Shown: piece by piece, positions 8,941-18,712 of the stretch
Layout: the number at the start of each line of letters is the position of its first letter
Numbering within the stretch: the first letter of the stretch is position 1
NCBI GenBank assembly: GCA_964566925.1
Contig: CAZMIZ010000001.1
Location: 135,248-199,247, forward strand
DNA: 64,000 nucleotides
Source of the DNA: an uncultured Gammaproteobacteria bacterium
GTDB lineage: Bacteria; Patescibacteriota; Microgenomatia; PFEM01; DATLAM01
Direction: 5' to 3'
Program-made: the position numbers and the translations under genes
The notes under the pieces: generated by a model
Databases searched by the model: none
What the model was told of the DNA's origin: nothing
The model's input: the letters and a program-made list of their open reading frames with translations, nothing else

Positions 8941-10382
8941 AAAAGTTTCTAAAATCTTATTGGCTTGTTTTTGTCTTTATCCTGGTTATTTTTCTCCGCC
9001 TGCCTTCATTGTTCGAACCTTTTACCTATGGTGATGAAGGAATTTATCTGACTTTAGGTCAGTCTTGGCGAAAAGGAGCCGTTTTCTATCGAGACATTCA
9101 CGATAACAAGCCACCCCTTTTATACCTCTTGGCTGGAGTTGCCTACAGCTTTGCTAATTATCGATTAATCCTTTTTTTCTGGAGCCTAATCACCGCCTAT
9201 TTCTTCTCCAAACTCGGCCGTTTCCTTTTTAAGAAAAACGGTTGGGCTGTTTTTTCTTCCACCCTTATTTTTGCTATTCTTAGCAGCATCCGCCTTTTTG
9301 AAGGTACTATTGCTAACGCCGAAAATTTTTTAATCGGAACCTCGATTCTTGGTTTCTATTTCCTCTTGACCGCTAAAAAGAATTATCAATTTTTTTTCGC
9401 CGGTCTTCTTTTTTCTCTTTCGACTCTTTTCAAAATCCCGGCGGCTTTTGATTTCGCTGCCGCCGTTACCTTTGGATTTTTGCTATTTATGCAAAACCGA
9501 AGAAATTATTCGCTATTCATTATTCGCTATTCATTATTCGCCCTGGGCTTTTTCCTCCCTATTCTCCTCTCGCTTCTCTACTATGCCTCTCAAAACGCTC
9601 TTAGCCAGTATTTAACCGCTGCTTTTTTTCAAAATATTCCTTACCTTGCCTCCTGGGCACCAGACAAGCCGCAGGCTGGAGGACTACCCATCCCTCTTCT
9701 TGGCCGAGCTCTTGGCATCTTGATTGTCTTTAGCCTTCTTTTTTCTTTAAGGAAAAGGCTTTCCTCTGCCGCCAAACTAACCACTCTCTGGTTTTCTTTT
9801 TCCCTTTTTGCCGCCCTTCTTTCCAGTCGCCCTTACCCTCATTATCTTCTCCAAACAATCCCGCCTTTAACTCTTTCTCTTGGTTTAATTTTGGCCAAAG
9901 AGAAGGAAAAAATTATTTCCCTCACAATGGTCGTCGTTCTCGTCTTCAGCATGGTCATTTTCAATTATTGGCATTACCCAACCGTTTCTTATCTTCAGAA
10001 CTTCTATTCGTTTGCTCTCAACTTAAAAACAAGAGATGACTATTTTGCTTATTTTGGTGGCCATACCCAAGATCTTTATCAGGTCGCCGCCTATCTTAAA
10101 ACCCACACCGAGGCCGAGGAGGAAATCTTTATTTGGAGTAACCATCCTTCGATTTACCCCCTCGCGGAGCGCTCTCCGGTTGGTCGCTATGCCACTGCCT
10201 ATCACATTATTGACTTTAACGGCTACGAGGAGACGATTAAAGCCCTCCAATCCTCTCTTCCTCGATATATTGTCCGCTCTCTGGAAGAAAAAAGAGCCTT
10301 TCCCTCTCTTGAGGCTCTGTTGGCCAACCAATACCTAAAAATAGAGACTGTCGGCCAGTTTGAGATTTACCGTCATCTTTGA
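8916..10382 (+). CDS. GT-C fold (ArnT/PMT-like) membrane glycosyltransferase
   Basis: YGDEGIY, YRDIHDNKPPLLY and YPHY motifs; multiple TMs. Confidence 0.8.
   Translation: MAKKENNLKKFLKSYWLVFVFILVIFLRLPSLFEPFTYGDEGIYLTLGQSWRKGAVFYRDIHDNKPPLLYLLAGVAYSFANYRLILFFWSLITAYFFSKLGRFLFKKNGWAVFSSTLIFAILSSIRLFEGTIANAENFLIGTSILGFYFLLTAKKNYQFFFAGLLFSLSTLFKIPAAFDFAAAVTFGFLLFMQNRRNYSLFIIRYSLFALGFFLPILLSLLYYASQNALSQYLTAAFFQNIPYLASWAPDKPQAGGLPIPLLGRALGILIVFSLLFSLRKRLSSAAKLTTLWFSFSLFAALLSSRPYPHYLLQTIPPLTLSLGLILAKEKEKIISLTMVVVLVFSMVIFNYWHYPTVSYLQNFYSFALNLKTRDDYFAYFGGHTQDLYQVAAYLKTHTEAEEEIFIWSNHPSIYPLAERSPVGRYATAYHIIDFNGYEETIKALQSSLPRYIVRSLEEKRAFPSLEALLANQYLKIETVGQFEIYRHL
9505..9539. repeat. 7-bp-period array inside the GT-C gene
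   Basis: ATTATTC GCTATTC ATTATTC GCTATTC ATTATTC (NYSLFIIRYSLF). Confidence 0.85.
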
Positions 10383-10408
10383 ACCTAGGCTGTGGTATAA
10401 TTCGACTG

Positions 10409-10792
10409 ATGGGAACCTTCCTTGACCAATTGACTGAAGAAAAAGGCAAGTTTAAGCTCTTAAGAGAGGACCGCCACCTCAATTTAAGCATCAGATTAAA
10501 TTTAATCTTTTTGGCTATCAGTTTTTTCTTTTTGATGCTTTTTTGGCAAAGACTGCCTCCCCGGGTGCCTCTTTTTTTCAGCCATCCCTGGGGAGAAAGC
10601 CAGCTGATTCCGCCCATCGGACTTTTTCTCCTACCTCTCCTCTGTCTTTTGGTTTGGGTCATCAACTTCTGTCTTCTCCTGAAAACTTTAAAAGAGGAAA
10701 AAATTCTTGCTTGGATTTTAGCGGGGACCAGCTTAACTTTTACTTTCCTTTGCCTTGTCGCTTTGTATCAGATTATTAGGCTTATTCTCTAA
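10409..10792 (+). CDS. small membrane protein (DUF1648-like)
   Basis: LPPRVPLFFSHPWGE loop between TMs; TATAAT 7 nt before ATG 10409. Confidence 0.65.
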   Translation: MGTFLDQLTEEKGKFKLLREDRHLNLSIRLNLIFLAISFFFLMLFWQRLPPRVPLFFSHPWGESQLIPPIGLFLLPLLCLLVWVINFCLLLKTLKEEKILAWILAGTSLTFTFLCLVALYQIIRLIL

Positions 10793-10799
10793 AACTAAA

Positions 10800-11906
10800 G
10801 TGATTTCTCTCGTCTTAATCAAAAAACTTATTGGTGAGCCTTTTCTGGCCGCCTTTATTATTTCCCTCCTGTCGACGCCTTTAACGATTAAGCTTGCCCG
10901 CCGTTTTCGCTTGGTTGACGACCCCGCCAACCGGCGTCATCCCGCCCATACCCATCAGGGAATTATTCCCCGAGCCGGAGGTCTCCCCATCTTTTTAAGC
11001 CTCACCTTTACCAGTCTTCTTTTCCTTCCTTTAGATAAACACTTAAAAGGGGTTCTCTTCGGAGCGGCTCTCCTGATCATTATCGGCCTTCTTGATGATC
11101 GCTTTGATTTAAACCCTTATCTTAGGCTTTTCACCTGTCTTCTCGCTGCCGGCATGGTGGTCGTCGCCGGCATTGGCATTGCTTTTATTAATAATCCCTT
11201 TAACGGCATCATTCATCTTGATCAACCTCAAATTTATTTTGAATTTTTAGGAAAAACTAGAAGCATTTGGGTGCTGGCTAGCTTTTTCGCCTTATTTTGG
11301 ATTGTCTGGATGGCTAATATCGTCAACTGGGCTAAGGGTTTCGACGGTCAGTTGCCGGGAATTGTCACCATCGCCGCCTTAACCATTGCCCTTTTGTCTT
11401 TCCGCTTTTCCGCTGACGTCACCCAATGGCCAGTGACCATTTTGGCCGCGATTACGGCTGGGGCTTATTTTGGTTTTTTACCTTTCAATTTTTATCCTCA
11501 AAAGATTATGCCTGGCTACGGCGGGGGAACCTTGGCCGGCTTCATGCTGGCTGTTCTTGCCATTCTTTCGACCACCAAAATTGGCACCGCCATCGTGGTT
11601 TTAGGGGTGCCGGTGATCGACGCGATTTATTCAATCGCCCGTCGACTGGCCGCCGGCCGCTCACCAGTTTGGGGCGACCGAGGCCATCTCCATCACAAAC
11701 TTTTAGACGAATGGCACTGGGGTAAACGTCGAACGGCCATTTTTTACTGGCTAGTGACCGCCCTTCTGGGAGCAGTGGCTTTAAGTTTGAATAGTCGCCA
11801 AAAATTTTATACAATCATTATGATCGCGGTAGCGATCGGAGGAGTTCTTTTGTGGTTAAACTTCTTTACAACCTGGCGCTCGCAGCCCGACCAAGACAGA
11901 CAATAA
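10800..11906 (+). CDS. MraY/WecA family polyprenyl-phosphate sugar-1-phosphate transferase (TagO/WecA-like)
   Basis: IPRAGG, GLLDDRFDL, NWAKGFDGQ, FNFYPQKIMPG and GDRGHLHH; start uncertain. Confidence 0.85.
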   Translation: MISLVLIKKLIGEPFLAAFIISLLSTPLTIKLARRFRLVDDPANRRHPAHTHQGIIPRAGGLPIFLSLTFTSLLFLPLDKHLKGVLFGAALLIIIGLLDDRFDLNPYLRLFTCLLAAGMVVVAGIGIAFINNPFNGIIHLDQPQIYFEFLGKTRSIWVLASFFALFWIVWMANIVNWAKGFDGQLPGIVTIAALTIALLSFRFSADVTQWPVTILAAITAGAYFGFLPFNFYPQKIMPGYGGGTLAGFMLAVLAILSTTKIGTAIVVLGVPVIDAIYSIARRLAAGRSPVWGDRGHLHHKLLDEWHWGKRRTAIFYWLVTALLGAVALSLNSRQKFYTIIMIAVAIGGVLLWLNFFTTWRSQPDQDRQ

Positions 11907-12784
11907 AAAATCTGGTTCTTTTTGCTGCTTTGATTTTCTCGGGCAACCTGCTGGTCACCGAAAAATTTTTAACCGTCGGTAAAGGTTTCCTTATTTTTTC
12001 TTTGCTCGCCTCCTCTAAATATATTTTTAATGATATTATTGATCTCCCTCTAGATCGACACCATCCCATCAAAAAGCACCGGCCAATTGCCACCGGTTCT
12101 CTGCCTATCCCCATTGCTCTTTTTGCTGTGATTGTTGGCGTTTTCACCAGCCTTTACTTGGCTGCCCAACTTTCTTTTTTCTTTTTTTTGACTTGCCTTG
12201 CCTATTTTCTGCTTCAACTAATTTACACTTTCTTTTTAAAGAACTTAGTTATTTTAGACGTTTTAGCCATTGCCGGCGGTTTTATCTTGCGGGTTTACGC
12301 CGGCGCTTTTGCGATCGATGTTCACCTTTCGGTTTGGTTCCTTCTTTGCCTTATTTCCCTTTCTCTTTTCCTGGCCGTAGGCAAGCGGCGAGCGGAATTA
12401 ACCATTCTTGCCTCCAGAAAAGCTCTTCACCCCAGAAAAACCCTGGCCTTTTATAAACCGGCTTTACTTGATTCTTATCTAGCCATGTTCGGCAATGCCG
12501 CCTGGCTTTCTTATGCTCTTTTTACCTTCTTCACCCCTAGCCCCCCAGTTGCCCAAAGATTTCCTTTCTGGGATCGGCTGCCCCTAACTCTGGCCGGGGT
12601 TAATAAATGGCTGATGTTAACCATTCCCATGGTTATTTTTGCCATTATGCGCTATATGCAAATCATCTATACTGGCTCAAAAGCCGAAGCTCCAGAAAAA
12701 GTCCTTTTGTCAGACAAATCACTCTTGACGGTAATCACTGTCTGGGGCATCATGGTAATTTTAATTATCTATGGCGTTAGATAA
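11852..12784 (+). CDS. UbiA-family prenyltransferase, decaprenyl-phosphate phosphoribosyltransferase-like
   Basis: RPRQTIKN, YIFNDIIDLPLDRHHPIKKHRPIA and GKRRAEL motifs. Confidence 0.85.
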   Translation: MVKLLYNLALAARPRQTIKNLVLFAALIFSGNLLVTEKFLTVGKGFLIFSLLASSKYIFNDIIDLPLDRHHPIKKHRPIATGSLPIPIALFAVIVGVFTSLYLAAQLSFFFFLTCLAYFLLQLIYTFFLKNLVILDVLAIAGGFILRVYAGAFAIDVHLSVWFLLCLISLSLFLAVGKRRAELTILASRKALHPRKTLAFYKPALLDSYLAMFGNAAWLSYALFTFFTPSPPVAQRFPFWDRLPLTLAGVNKWLMLTIPMVIFAIMRYMQIIYTGSKAEAPEKVLLSDKSLLTVITVWGIMVILIIYGVR

Positions 12785-13595
12785 AAACAAAAAGACTAGT
12801 CTGGCTGATATCAAAGCTCTCTATCAACCACCAGCCAATTCTCATAAAGGTCAAAACGGAAAACTAATCATCATCGGTGGCTCCCACCTTTTCCATGGGG
12901 CTTCGCTTTGGGCCTTGAAGGTGGCCAGTCGGATCGTGGACATGGTCTATTATTCTTCGATTCCCGAGAATCTTAAATTAACCCAAAAACTGAAAGCTAA
13001 TCTTTATGATTTTATTGGTGTGCCTAGAGAAGAGATTGAAGCCTATATCCAGGAGGCAGAAGCAATTCTTATTGGTCCGGGTTTAACCCGGGAAAAAGGA
13101 ACCAAGAGTTTAACAGAAAAGTTGATCAAAAAATTTCCTAAAAAGCAATGGGTGATTGATGCCGGCAGCCTCCAAATGATGTCTCAAAAATTGATTCCTA
13201 AAAACTCAATCCTTTTACCCCACAGAAAGGAATTCAAGCGGCTTTTTGGGGTTAAAGCTAATCCAGAAAACGCCGCCAAAATGGCTCAGAGATATGGTTG
13301 CGTCATTCTCCTGAAAGGCCCAACCGATTACATCTGTTCTTCTTCTAAATGTAAAATCAATCTCACTGGCAATGAAGGGATGACCAAAGGGGGAACCGGT
13401 GATGTTTTGGCGGGACTGGTGGCTGCTTTTGCTTGTAAAAACGATCCTTTTTTAGCCGCTTGCGCGGGGGCCTATATTAATGGCCTGGCTGGTGACCGAC
13501 TAAAAAAACGGGTGGGCATTTACTACAACGCCTCTGATTTAGCCGAAGAAATTCCAGCAACTTTAAAATGGTGCTTAGGTAATAAGAAGAACTAA
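12771..13595 (+). CDS. nnrD: ADP-dependent NAD(P)H-hydrate dehydratase
   Basis: SHKGQNG, IGPGL, VIDAG, PHRKEF, LKG and GGTGDVLAG motifs. Confidence 0.88.
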   Translation: MALDKNKKTSLADIKALYQPPANSHKGQNGKLIIIGGSHLFHGASLWALKVASRIVDMVYYSSIPENLKLTQKLKANLYDFIGVPREEIEAYIQEAEAILIGPGLTREKGTKSLTEKLIKKFPKKQWVIDAGSLQMMSQKLIPKNSILLPHRKEFKRLFGVKANPENAAKMAQRYGCVILLKGPTDYICSSSKCKINLTGNEGMTKGGTGDVLAGLVAAFACKNDPFLAACAGAYINGLAGDRLKKRVGIYYNASDLAEEIPATLKWCLGNKKN

Positions 13596-13599
13596 GGAG

Positions 13600-14520
13600 C
13601 TACTCTACTAATTCTGAATAAACCCCGGAAACCCAACCTTCTTCTCCCTCTTCATATTCAATTTTATGCCAGCCACTTTCAGTTTTACCAAGATAAGGAT
13701 AGGTTTCGCCGGGATTAACCTTCGCTAGTTCAGTGGATTCATCATCAGTTGACGGTTCTTCTCTAACTCGCAACCAACCAGTAGGCGTCTCTTTGATGCG
13801 CACATAGGGCTTGTCAACCGAGGCAGTCGGGGTTGCCTCAGCCTTAGTTGTTGGTGTCGGGGTGGTTTCTTCCTCTTCAGCCTCTTCTTCCTCTTCTTTC
13901 TTTTCTGCGCTGGGTGTTGCCTCTTCCTCTTCCGTTCCTTCTTCCTCTTTAGCCAATTGAACTGCGACCGTCAATTTATAACCAGTAACCGTGTGCGCCG
14001 AAATAGATTTTTCTTGATAACCAGGAGCAGAAACAACCACCTGATAATCGCCAGCTGACAGATCTTCAATTAGAACCGGGGCAAACCCTTTTGGTTCTCC
14101 ATCAACTTTCACTACCGCCTGATCAGGAATAGAGATGACCTCTAAAGAAGCACTGTCTTTTTTGGCAATTTTTTCTAGAGATAATGTTTCGCCCGAAGAA
14201 GAGTCTTCGCTTGACCCAAGTGTTCGATTAATCACCGTTAATATATTAGCCACTAAAGTGACTTTACTTTCCCAGGAAACCAGCTGATCAGTGGTAGCTT
14301 CAGGGACGAGCTTAACCGTGTGTTCTCCAGGAGTGAGTTGATCATCAAAATAAGGTGTAATCCCCACACTGTTGCCATCCAGAAAAACCGTAGCCGTTGG
14401 GGTTGAGGAAATCTGAAGGGCGGCCGGGCCGCCTTGGTTAAGAAACTTTCCCCGAAAAATAAAAACGCCCAGAGCCAGGGCGAGAACAGCAACAATGGCA
14501 ATCAGCCAAGATTTCTTCAT
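13600..14520 (-). CDS. PEGA-domain and C-terminal SH3-domain membrane-anchored protein
   Basis: TM anchor, two PEGA-like repeats (ISSTP..ATVFLDG..VGITP), Glu/Thr linker, WLRVREEPS...GWVSG SH3 end. Confidence 0.8.
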   Translation of the reverse strand: MKKSWLIAIVAVLALALGVFIFRGKFLNQGGPAALQISSTPTATVFLDGNSVGITPYFDDQLTPGEHTVKLVPEATTDQLVSWESKVTLVANILTVINRTLGSSEDSSSGETLSLEKIAKKDSASLEVISIPDQAVVKVDGEPKGFAPVLIEDLSAGDYQVVVSAPGYQEKSISAHTVTGYKLTVAVQLAKEEEGTEEEEATPSAEKKEEEEEAEEEETTPTPTTKAEATPTASVDKPYVRIKETPTGWLRVREEPSTDDESTELAKVNPGETYPYLGKTESGWHKIEYEEGEEGWVSGVYSELVE

Positions 14521-14617
14521 CAGGGATGAATGATACCATAAATTGTCAAAAAGGACAAGCATCTTATAGGGTAAAGGTTTTGCTTTTTTGAGGCCAGGCA
14601 TGATAAAATCAGAGTAA

Positions 14618-14689
14618 GGCCTGGTACTCGAGTAGCCCAGAGAGCTGTCTGCAAAACAGCTAACGCGGGTGCAAATCCCGCCCAGGCCT
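14618..14689 (+). tRNA. tRNA-Cys(GCA), CCA not encoded
   Basis: Acceptor GGCCTGG/CCAGGCC, anticodon arm GCTGT-CTGCAAA-ACAGC, T arm GCGGG-TGCAAAT-CCCGC, U73 discriminator. Confidence 0.92.
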
Positions 14690-14706
14690 CAAAAAACTGA
14701 ACGTGC

Positions 14707-14735
14707 TTGACTTTTTGAGCCTAATTTGGTATACT
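14707..14735 (+). promoter_or_regulatory. sigma70-type promoter of the M23 gene
   Basis: TTGACT-17 nt-TATACT with extended TG. Confidence 0.65.
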
Positions 14736-14797
14736 CTAGTCAACCTATTGCAATTGCAATAGGATTTTTTATTTAGCGGGCTAAATTAACCCGCCAA

Positions 14798-15493
14798 ATG
14801 ACTACTTTAACCCTTTCGCTAGGAAGAAACCAAGTGTTGGTTTCTTTCGGCCGCAAATCGGGGCGACCCAAACGCACTCTTGCGGTTAAATTAGGCGAAA
14901 TCATTTCCTTTACTAAGAAGCTGGCCACCTCACGACGCTATGCTGGTCATCCGGTCAGTCGGGTTTTGCGTCGGGTTTTTGAGTTCCAAAAAATCAGGGG
15001 AATTCTAGGCTTAAACTTGGCTTTTATTGCTTTATTCTCTGGGGTTTTAATTCCCCCTATTTCGGCTCTGGATACTCAACCCGAAGAAGAAATCGTGGCT
15101 CTTTCTCCTGGTGAAACCCAGGTAATTACCCTGGAAGGGATTCAATCGCCTTTAAAGACTTTTAATGTCAGCCAGGGTTATAGTTTTTTTCACCCAGCCA
15201 TTGACCTTGATGAAGAGTTAGGCGCCGAAATTTACCCGATTATGAAGGGTCAAGTTGAAGATGTCTCCGAAGGCCGGTTTGGCTATGGAAAATCCATTCT
15301 AATTAACCATGGCAATAATCTGAAATCCTTTTATGCCCACCTCAACCAAATCAATGTTTACGAAGGTGAAGAAGTGAATATGGAGACTGTGATTGGGACT
15401 GTGGGTCGGACTGGTTGGGCAACTGGTACCCACCTTCACTTAGAGATCCGAGATAACGGCAAAAACATTAACCCTTTAACCTTGTTGCGCTGA
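14798..15493 (+). CDS. M23 family metallopeptidase, membrane-anchored
   Basis: HPAID, YAHL and TGTHLHLE motifs; one TM. Confidence 0.88.
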   Translation: MTTLTLSLGRNQVLVSFGRKSGRPKRTLAVKLGEIISFTKKLATSRRYAGHPVSRVLRRVFEFQKIRGILGLNLAFIALFSGVLIPPISALDTQPEEEIVALSPGETQVITLEGIQSPLKTFNVSQGYSFFHPAIDLDEELGAEIYPIMKGQVEDVSEGRFGYGKSILINHGNNLKSFYAHLNQINVYEGEEVNMETVIGTVGRTGWATGTHLHLEIRDNGKNINPLTLLR

Positions 15494-15532
15494 AGGGAAA
15501 AGCGCTAGTTTCAACACTAAGGTTTAAAGAGA

Positions 15533-15564
15533 ATTAAAAAACCCGCTTCCGCGGGTTTAATTTT
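15533..15564. terminator. bidirectional terminator between the M23 gene and groEL
   Basis: AAACCCGC-TTCC-GCGGGTTT flanked by A and T tracts between convergent genes. Confidence 0.8.
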
Positions 15565-15587
15565 GCGTTTTAAGTTTTAAGCCTCGC

Positions 15588-17231
15588 CTACATTCCCATT
15601 CCTCCACCGGGCATGCCGCCACCAGGCATACCTGGTCCGCCAGCTGGCGGATTTTCTTTTTCAGGAATATCGGTCACTAAACCTTCGGTTGTCAAAATCA
15701 TCATCGCCACCGAAACCGCGTTTTGAAGAGCGGTGCGGGTCACTTTGACTGGGTCAATAATCCCCGCCTTAATCATGTCCACATATTCACCAGTTAAGAC
15801 GTTAAAGCCAACGCCTTTTTCCTTTTTCTTGACATTGGAAACAACCACATTGCCATCTTCACCTGCGTTTTCAGCTAAAAGTCTCATTGGTGCTAGTAAG
15901 GCTTTTTGAATAATCTTTGCTCCAGTTAATTCGTCACCTTTCAAACCTTTAGTCTCAATTGTTTCCGAAGCAGCCAATAAAATTACCCCACCGCCAGGCA
16001 CAATCCCTTCTTCAATGGCTGCCTTAGTCGCTGCCACTGCGTCTTTAACTCTTTCTTGACGTTCTTTAAGCTCAACTTCAGTCGCCGCGCCAACTTCAAT
16101 TACCGCTACCCCGCCGGAAAGTTTGGCTAATCTTTCCTCAAGTTTTTCTCGATCAAATTCGCTGGTAGTCCGATTGATCTCAGCTTTAATTTGTTTAATT
16201 CTGCCCTGAATAGCTGATTTTTGGCCTTTACCGCCAACAATAATGGTTTTGTCTTTGTCGGTCGTCACCCGATCGGCTCGACCCAAATCTTCAACGGTTA
16301 CCTCCTCAAGTTTCCGACCCACGTCTTCGGAAATCACGACTCCCCCAGTAAGGATAGCGATGTCTTCAAGCATCTCTTTTCGCCGATCACCAAAACCCGG
16401 AGCCTCAACCGCTAAAACGTTAAAAGTGCCTTTAAGTTTATTGACTACTAGAGTCGCTAAAGCCTCGCCTTCAACCTCGTCAGCAATAATCACCAAATTT
16501 TTGGAAACTTTGACCAAGTTTTCTAAGAAAGGCAGCATTTCTTGAAGGGAAGAGATTTTTTTATCGGTCAGCAAGATATAGGGATTTTCAATCGTGGCTT
16601 CCATCGTGTCCGCATCAGTCACGAAATAGGGGGAAACGTAACCTTTATCAAATTCCATCCCTTCCTTATAATCAATTACCAATTCTAAACCTTTGCCTTC
16701 CTCAACCGTGACCACACCGTCGGCCCCGACTTTTTTCAGGGCTTCGGCAATCCTGGAGCCAATTTCTGCGTCTTGAGCCGAAATCGTGGCCACCTGAACA
16801 ATCTGGTCGGAATCATCCCGAACCGATTTGGCCTGTTTTTTGATAGCCGTCACCGCTTGCTCAGCGGCCTTTTCAATCCCCTTATTAAGAATCATCGGGT
16901 TGGCACCGGCGGTAATGTTTTTAATTCCCTCTTCAACAATTGCTTGGGCGAGAATTGTGGCTGTCGTTGTCCCGTCACCGGTGACATCATTGGTTTTGTC
17001 AGCCGCTTCTTTAACTAGCTGGGCCCCCATGTTTTCAAAAGGATCTTTAAGCTCAATTTCTTTGGCTACGGAAACGCCGTCGTGAACCACTGAAGGAGCA
17101 CCCCATTTTTTATCCAAAGCGATATTTCTCCCTTTGGGGCCCAAGGTAGTGCCCACCGCTTTAGCCACGGCATCAACGCCTTTTTTTAGTTTTTCCCTGG
17201 CCTCTTCGGCATATTTTAATTGTTTAGCCAT
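15588..17231 (-). CDS. groEL: chaperonin GroEL
   Basis: [16 protein letters not shown] and a GGM tail. Confidence 0.98.
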   Translation of the reverse strand: MAKQLKYAEEAREKLKKGVDAVAKAVGTTLGPKGRNIALDKKWGAPSVVHDGVSVAKEIELKDPFENMGAQLVKEAADKTNDVTGDGTTTATILAQAIVEEGIKNITAGANPMILNKGIEKAAEQAVTAIKKQAKSVRDDSDQIVQVATISAQDAEIGSRIAEALKKVGADGVVTVEEGKGLELVIDYKEGMEFDKGYVSPYFVTDADTMEATIENPYILLTDKKISSLQEMLPFLENLVKVSKNLVIIADEVEGEALATLVVNKLKGTFNVLAVEAPGFGDRRKEMLEDIAILTGGVVISEDVGRKLEEVTVEDLGRADRVTTDKDKTIIVGGKGQKSAIQGRIKQIKAEINRTTSEFDREKLEERLAKLSGGVAVIEVGAATEVELKERQERVKDAVAATKAAIEEGIVPGGGVILLAASETIETKGLKGDELTGAKIIQKALLAPMRLLAENAGEDGNVVVSNVKKKEKGVGFNVLTGEYVDMIKAGIIDPVKVTRTALQNAVSVAMMILTTEGLVTDIPEKENPPAGGPGMPGGGMPGGGMGM

Positions 17232-17251
17232 CCTTCGACTCCGCTCAGGAT
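17231..17251. repeat. REP-like element between groES and groEL
   Basis: TCCTTCGACTCCGCTCAGGAT, near-identical to 27674-27693. Confidence 0.7.
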
Positions 17252-17256
17252 AAATT

Positions 17257-17574
17257 TTATTTAAGAACTGCTAGAACGTCCTCAAATTTAACAAAAACTA
17301 ATTCTTTCCCGGAAACATCAAATTTAACTTCATCCCCACCCCATTTTTTGAAAATTACCAGGTCGCCCACTTTAAATTCAGGCATCACTTTTCGGCCTGA
17401 ATCAGTAGTTTGGGGACCACCCAGGGCAATTACTTTTCCTTTTTGAGATTTTTCGTCATGAGTATCAGGAAGAACAATCCCGGCCGCGGTTTTTTTCTCT
17501 AAAGCCACCGGCTCCACCAAAGCATAACCGGCCGTTGGTTTCAATCTGGGTTTTATAGTTTTTGTTCGAGCCAT
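17257..17574 (-). CDS. groES: co-chaperonin GroES
   Basis: [10 protein letters not shown] mobile loop and KVGDLVIF; adjacent to groEL. Confidence 0.95.
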   Translation of the reverse strand: MARTKTIKPRLKPTAGYALVEPVALEKKTAAGIVLPDTHDEKSQKGKVIALGGPQTTDSGRKVMPEFKVGDLVIFKKWGGDEVKFDVSGKELVFVKFEDVLAVLK

Positions 17575-17637
17575 CTTTTATTACAAAAAAAAGTTATACT
17601 TCGCAGTAACGCTCGTATAATTTTCGCTTTACTCAAA

Positions 17638-17691
17638 CTATCACTCAGTGATAACGATTGCTATTCTATCGCAAGCAATACCTTTTGTCAA
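17638..17691 (-). promoter_or_regulatory. groESL promoter with CIRCE-like (HrcA) operator
   Basis: On -: TTGACA (17691-17686)-17 nt-TAGAAT, then ATAGCAATC-N9-GAGTGATAG (17664-17638) versus consensus TTAGCACTC-N9-GAGTGCTAA. Confidence 0.75.
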
Positions 17692-17698
17692 GGCTGAA

Positions 17699-18346
17699 TT
17701 AAATAACCTTAACCAAACAAACCGTCACATTGTCCTGACCACTGGCTTGACTGGCGGCCTTGACCAACTCTTTAGCTTTGATTTTCAGTGATTTTTTGGT
17801 TTTACCAACTTTCTTAAGTAGGGCCAAAATTTTCTCATCACTTAGGGATTGATAGAGCCCATCAGTACAAAGAAGCAGAAGGTTTCCTTTTTTGAGCTCG
17901 CCTTTAAAGATATCAATTTTAACCTCCGGTTTAATGCCTAAAACCCGAGTGACAATTCCCCCACCCAAGCCGTGATCAATCGAAACCTGGTTAAAAGCAC
18001 CGGCTTGAACCAAGTAGGCCCGGCTGTCCCCTACATTGGCAAAAGTCGCTTTCCGACCTTCAATCACCACCCCGACCAAGGTGGTGGCCATCCCAAAATA
18101 ATCAGCTTTTTCTCGAGACTGGCGATAAACTTCGTGGTTGGCCAGCTCAAAAGCTCTTTTTAAATTCCTAGTTTCTTGATAGGTTTCAATGGCGGTCTCA
18201 ATGGCTGTTTGAGCCGCCACCTCACCAGCCGGCAAACCGCCTAAACCATCGGCCACCAAAAAAAACTCCTCATCCACATAGCCAAAATCATCCTCGTTCT
18301 TCTCGCGGCCTTGACCAATATCGGTTGCAAATGCAGAAATCACCAT
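17699..18346 (-). CDS. PP2C-family Ser/Thr protein phosphatase
   Basis: REKNED, VADGLGG, NVGDSRAY, CTDGL and QDNVT motifs. Confidence 0.9.
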   Translation of the reverse strand: MVISAFATDIGQGREKNEDDFGYVDEEFFLVADGLGGLPAGEVAAQTAIETAIETYQETRNLKRAFELANHEVYRQSREKADYFGMATTLVGVVIEGRKATFANVGDSRAYLVQAGAFNQVSIDHGLGGGIVTRVLGIKPEVKIDIFKGELKKGNLLLLCTDGLYQSLSDEKILALLKKVGKTKKSLKIKAKELVKAASQASGQDNVTVCLVKVI

Positions 18347-18349
18347 AAT

Positions 18350-18682
18350 CTATTCCCCTTCCACTGACTCTAAAAACAATCTTCTCTTAAAACCGCCGCG
18401 CTTTTGGCGTTTTTTAGTTTGAAATTTAGCTAGCTTAGTTTTGCTGAAGCCTTTTAGTTTTAGAAGGGTATCAATAATCTCTTGAACATCCGCGATCTCG
18501 TTTAAAAGCTCGATTTCTTTTGCCTTAATCAACTCTTTGGCCTCCTCAACTAGTTTCTTCCTTAATTCTCTTTCGTATTCTTCTTTGCTTAAAACTCGCG
18601 TTTTAGATTTCAAGCCTTCCTTCTCAATGATTTCCGAAATTCTATCCCGAATAAGCTTTCGGTAAACTTTTTTCTTAGCCAT
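18350..18682 (-). CDS. MazG-like / phosphoribosyl-ATP pyrophosphohydrolase-like NTP pyrophosphatase
   Basis: YRKLIRDRI, KLVEEAKE, EIADVQE and KRGGF motifs. Confidence 0.82.
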   Translation of the reverse strand: MAKKKVYRKLIRDRISEIIEKEGLKSKTRVLSKEEYERELRKKLVEEAKELIKAKEIELLNEIADVQEIIDTLLKLKGFSKTKLAKFQTKKRQKRGGFKRRLFLESVEGE

Positions 18683-18712
18683 GATTTGAGCTTCCTATTC
18701 TGCTTTCAATTC

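Noticed and set aside
13840-13950. Low-complexity repeats (also 22750-23000, 33540-33710, 52260-52390)
   Set aside because: Codon-level Glu/Pro/Thr-rich linkers with period 3, not DNA elements.
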